Program-made: the position numbers and the translations under genes
Notes under the pieces: generated by a model
The model's input: only the letters and a program-made list of their open reading frames with translations
Databases searched by the model: none
Told to the model about the DNA's origin: nothing
Shown: in pieces, positions 59,650-64,000 of the stretch
Position numbering within the stretch: the first letter of the stretch is position 1
Layout of the letters: every line of letters begins with the position of its first letter
DNA from: Hormiphora californensis
Taxonomy: Eukaryota; Animalia; Ctenophora
Assembly: GCA_020137815.1 (NCBI GenBank)
Contig: CM035352.1
Span: forward strand, 6,014,001 to 6,078,000
Reading direction: 5' to 3'
Length of the DNA: 64,000 nucleotides

Positions 59650-61113
59650 TGTAAAGTCGAATTTTTTAATCAAGGGACAGGGGGCCGCACATTCAGAGAG
59701 GTCACACAGCGTTGTTGTTGTTGTAAGCGCCTCCGCTTCCGGTCCTCTACTTGAGATTTTATCCCGTCCGGCAGCCAGTTCCTCACGCCCGAGATGGACG
59801 GAGCTCAGGTTCCAGAGTTTCCTCTTTCCCCCGGGAGAGTATTCTTCCTCCGTCTTATGTCTATGGATTTAGGGATAAGGGTGGAATCGTCTCCCATAAC
59901 TGTCTTGACAGGTCTCATGAATAGGGCCGCACTAGCACTGTTTTCACATTGTGCCAGTCTCGGATATCTCCAGCGACCCCTGGTGAGTGGTATCTCAGCC
60001 TTGATCGTTTTCGATGTGGCCTTGGCTAGGACAATTCGGACGCTCCATTGACTATGGCACCTTTATAGATTTTGCGCTGCCAACCTCTGATTTGTAATCA
60101 GTACTCCATGGGGCTTCATGGAACATCACTTTTTGTTCATGATGCAGATGCAGCGTCCGGCCGTTCATGGGGTAATTAGGGCAGGTTCCTTCCCAAAACG
60201 GAACTCTGGCGTGTAGAGGTTTCGGTATCTATGTGCGTCACTCATAGAAATTTGTTATATAGTGTGGGATGGTGGTTTGAAGTATGGAGGGTTATTATGG
60301 AGGGTTATCTGAACAGTTTGCTTTTGTGTATTAATTGGGTGAATTTGTTCCAGTCAAGGTTCTCGTCTCCATAGATTTCCTCAACTACATTTTGGTAGTT
60401 TAGTCTGTATCTAACTTCATCAAGTCTGGGGCAATATATGATGACATGTTCTGAGTTCTCTTTCGCGTTGCAGAGGTCGCATTTTGGGTTAATTTTTGTA
60501 TCTTGGTGATGTTGGGAGGCCGCGAGGTTGTTTTGGCCCGAGATTGCTAGTGTTAGTTCTCTGAGCAGTATTTTATCAGTGACCTTTATGGGATTTTGTA
60601 TTAGCTCTGTTACTATGGCGGTTGTGAATCTGTTGTATTTCTTGTTTATCAGGTTCGTCGTATTTCTTGTTTTTAGATATTCTTTGATCTTGTTTTTGAT
60701 CTGGGAGGTATTTAATCCTATGCCATTTTGAGTACTTGGGCTCGTTGCCGCTGCTTCTTTTGCCAGTTTGTCTGCTTTTTCATTTCCTGCGATGTTGGCG
60801 TGGGCTTTGACTTTTTCTATTGTTAATGTGTTTGATCTTTGGAGTTCGTGTAGTTTTGATATTGTTCTGGTTAGTTGTTTGGAAACACACAGCGTTGTAT
60901 TTGCGTGTGACAATCGAGATCAAGTTCCTGGCAATCTTAAGACTTGAACCTGGAATCATTGGAAAGACAATTTTAAGACCTTTTCAACGCATCCAAAATC
61001 AAGTCTTTATCTTATCAGGGACAGGAGATATGAGCGAAAAAGTTTAGCACACGCAAATCGACTTTTGTAAATGTGCAGCCCCCTGTCCCTTGATTAAAAA
61101 ATTCGACTTTACA
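59650..61113. mobile_element. MITE (TIR TGTAAAGTCGAATTTTTTAATCAAGGGACAGGGG) interrupted by a LINE fragment; sibling MITE at 61274-61508
   Basis: Exact inverted copy at 61080-61113; the same TIR brackets 61274-61508. Confidence 0.8.
59716..60885 (-). mobile_element. 5'-truncated RNase H-containing LINE (RNase H end + zinc knuckle + 3' UTR + (ACA)n tail)
   Basis: KVKAHANIAGNEKADKLAKEAA; CDLC....NSEHVIIYC; 13-bp TSD CACACAGCGTTGT (59703-59715, 60886-60898). Confidence 0.85.
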
Positions 61114-61929
61114 ATGTACTGTGTACATTGTAAGACCCAGGCCAGCAGGTTTATTAATCCTCTCTCGCTTAGATTTCCTGTTTCCTTGCCGAAACTTCAC
61201 CCAGCTTTTTCGTGGTAGCCCAAATGTGAAATGCAGGTCACGGGTTCCCAGGAAACGAGTACTCTAGTGACCTATAGTCGAATTTTTTAATCAAGGGACC
61301 GGGGGGTCTTTTTGACGTTATTTCAAACGCGCATATCTCCGGTTCCTGATAAGATAAAGACTTGAAATTTGGAGGTTATGAAGAACTTGGCATGATCTTC
61401 CCAACCTCCGAATTTCACGTCTCTATCTGATCAGGAACCGGAGATATGCGCGTTTGAAATAAGGTCAAAAAGACCCCCCCTGTCCCTTGATTAAAAAATC
61501 CGACTTTAGTTACATGCACAATCTCCTTTGGAACCCTAATTAGTAGCCTTATTAAGGTGCTTAGTGGCATCATGTTATCATCTATGCAACTTGGTACGGT
61601 GATATAGTTAGGTAATAGGTATGGGGATAGTACTTAGATTACTGAGTTTCACATCGTAAATCTTAACCGTTTTAGCGTCAATCCTTGAAGCATTGTCTTG
61701 AACGAACTACAGCTCCCATCACCATCCATCATGCATCCGGGTAAGTCAGAGTTCCATTTTATATTAGTTTATTTTTTACATCTCTGGACAACTTGCATCT
61801 GATGCTTCTAACATTTCCTGACTTTCTTACACACATGCCTGGGGATAACTCTACAAGCTCCCAGTACAGCTCCCAGTTCACTAGACGTAGTTTATTATTT
61901 CTTTGTTGAACTGGTCTTCTTCTATCATC

Positions 61930-62801
61930 ATGATGTATGTTACCAAGTTGACCTGCTTGGTTTTACTGGGCTTCCTGGCAACCACCACCCTCGCCCACAA
62001 CCAACTCCACGATAAATATCGCTGTGCTGTGCCACTCGGATGCTTTAAGTACGCACCAGATGAAAAAAGTAGGACGTTATCTCATCCGGATCACTGGGGA
62101 CCAACTTCTAATAATCCCAAGGAGATGAAAGACGCACTAATAAGATGCAATGAAATCTCAAAAAGGATTGGTAAGTAAACTAAGTATGAATGAATATCAA
62201 TTTAAAGTGCTGCTTGTAGTTGGAATACGGTTTTTGAAAACGGTTATGTTTTGTGTGCTAAAGGTATTTTAAAACAGTCAATCTGGCGCTATGATTTGTC
62301 ACGCTTGCACGTCTTCTTACCGTATTTCTCCGAAACCGTTTTGATTACCTGCCTGTTACCTGGCCGTTACACAAACGGTGCGTCTGTGTCCCGTTTTTCA
62401 AATACAGTATCTTCGCTACGTTAGAATTGTGAAATCCATATACCATGATACATGATACTTCTTGCCACTCACTCTCCCTCACAGCTTTTAGAATTATGAA
62501 ATACATAGACCATGATACATGATACTTCTTGCCACTCACTCTCCCTCACAGTTAAGGGTTATCAGACGATGCTGAAATAGCTTAAATCTGTAGAGGGGGG
62601 TTGGTTGTGTGTGTTAAATTAAATCTCTTCAATATTTCAGGTGAACACGCATATTTGATGGCAAATGGAGGTAAAGAGTGTCTCCATCCCAAGAACAAAC
62701 AAAAATGGATCGACGTCCACGAACGAGAGTGTGGAAAATACGGTATCGGCAATGACCCCGGGAAACCCTACCGTATGATGCTTTTCATTATGAAATGCTA
62801 A
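61930..62801 (+). CDS. Small secreted 6-Cys protein, paralog A (exons 61930-62170, 62641-62801), WSC-like
   Basis: Signal peptide MMYVTKLTCLVLLGFLATTTLA; phase-1 GT-AG intron; ends GNDPGKPYRMMLFIMKC*; same structure as the neighbouring paralog. Confidence 0.85.
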
Positions 62802-63229
62802 TTATAATCCGTGATTATATACATACCAAGGTGTCAACATATAATATATATATATATTTATTGATTTTCCTGTTTTTTATTTAAATCAAGGAGGTTTGTG
62901 ATATGTGTACCATTATAAATCAGATTATTATACAGTGGCACTGCGATTTACCGGAATCCCGAGGATACACGCATCTTGGTAAATCAGAGTTTTATATAAC
63001 ATACATCATTATATAACACACACAATGCAGCTGTATGTGTCTGGACAACTTACATCTGATGCTTCTAACATTTCCTGCAGGATCAATTACACGAAGACTT
63101 TCTCACACACATGCCTGGGGACAACTCTACAAGCTCCCACTAGACCTAGTTTATATAGGTTCTCTTTATCCTCATACTTTGTACTTTGTAGACGTATTTT
63201 ATACTTTCTTGTACTCGTCTTCTATTATC

Positions 63230-63926
63230 ATGATGTATGTTACCAAGTTGACCTGCTTGGTTTTACTGGGATTCCTGGCAACCACCACCCTCGCCCGACA
63301 CCCGAAACAACACTGCGCTATAAGGGTTCAGTGCGTTAGGTTTGCAAAGGAACATGAAAGACTGTTCTCCCATCCCGATTACTGGGGACCCGCTGGTAAT
63401 AACCCAGCGGAGATGAACAAGGCTATGATGAGATGCTATGAAATCTCCAAAAGGCATCGTAAGTGAACTATAGTATAGTTACTATAGTATGAATGAATAC
63501 AACTTAGAATTGTGAAACCCATAAACCCATATACAGTGGTGCTCCGTCATAATGGCTGCCCTTATAAAATGTCGCTCAAACCGTTGTCCACCACGTCTAA
63601 GACGCATTCCACTGACATGGGAACGCTTTGGGCAGTGCTGTGTGGGCGGCCAATATGACAGAGAATGAGCACCACTGTGATAAATTTATTGCCACTCTCA
63701 TATAATACTTGATACTTCCTCAAAAAAGGGTTATAACAAGATATTCTAACCCAGTTCTTCTCCAGGTCAACCTGTATATTTGATGGGAAATGGAGGTAAA
63801 GATTGTCTCCACCCAAATAACAAAGCAAAACTGATGGACGCCCAAGCACGAGATTGTGGAAGACACGGTGTGGGCAATGACCCCGGGAAACCCTATCGTA
63901 TGCACATGTACATAGCGGCCTGCTAA
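63230..63926 (+). CDS. Small secreted 6-Cys protein, paralog B (exons 63230-63458, 63766-63926), WSC-like
   Basis: Identical signal peptide, same intron position and phase; ends GNDPGKPYRMHMYIAAC*. Confidence 0.85.
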
Positions 63927-64000
63927 TGCGTGATATACATCGAGGAGTCGAAATTCTAAATTTCTTGTTTAAATCAACGAGTTTTGTGATGTCTGTACTA

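Overview
Eukaryotic (animal) genomic DNA with short GT-AG introns and many (CT/GA)n tracts. The gene style (compact genes, a nested intronic gene, intronless POU1) suggests a non-bilaterian invertebrate such as a ctenophore; this is inference, not proven. Host genes reconstructed by hand: intronless POU class 1 (Pit-1-like) homeobox gene (+); a 10-coding-exon cathepsin L-like protease with a C-terminal ShKT domain (-), whose introns hold an antisense intronless syntenin-like gene and a 5'-truncated Penelope-like element carrying a minimal hammerhead ribozyme; an 8-exon coiled-coil gene (+); a possible 75-aa two-exon microprotein (-); exportin-5, PEX16 and myosin regulatory light chain (all -); and two tandem paralogous small secreted 6-Cys proteins (+). 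The rest is a 4-kb 37-bp satellite, minisatellites, many non-autonomous DNA transposons and fold-backs (piggyBac-, pogo-, hAT-, Kolobok-, Merlin/Mutator-, Helitron-like ends), and a nested LINE cluster at 43.7-61 kb. That cluster includes an intact RTE-type ORF inside a Kolobok-type element and an ORF1-only element inside a hAT. Exon coordinates were read by eye and no database searches were possible.
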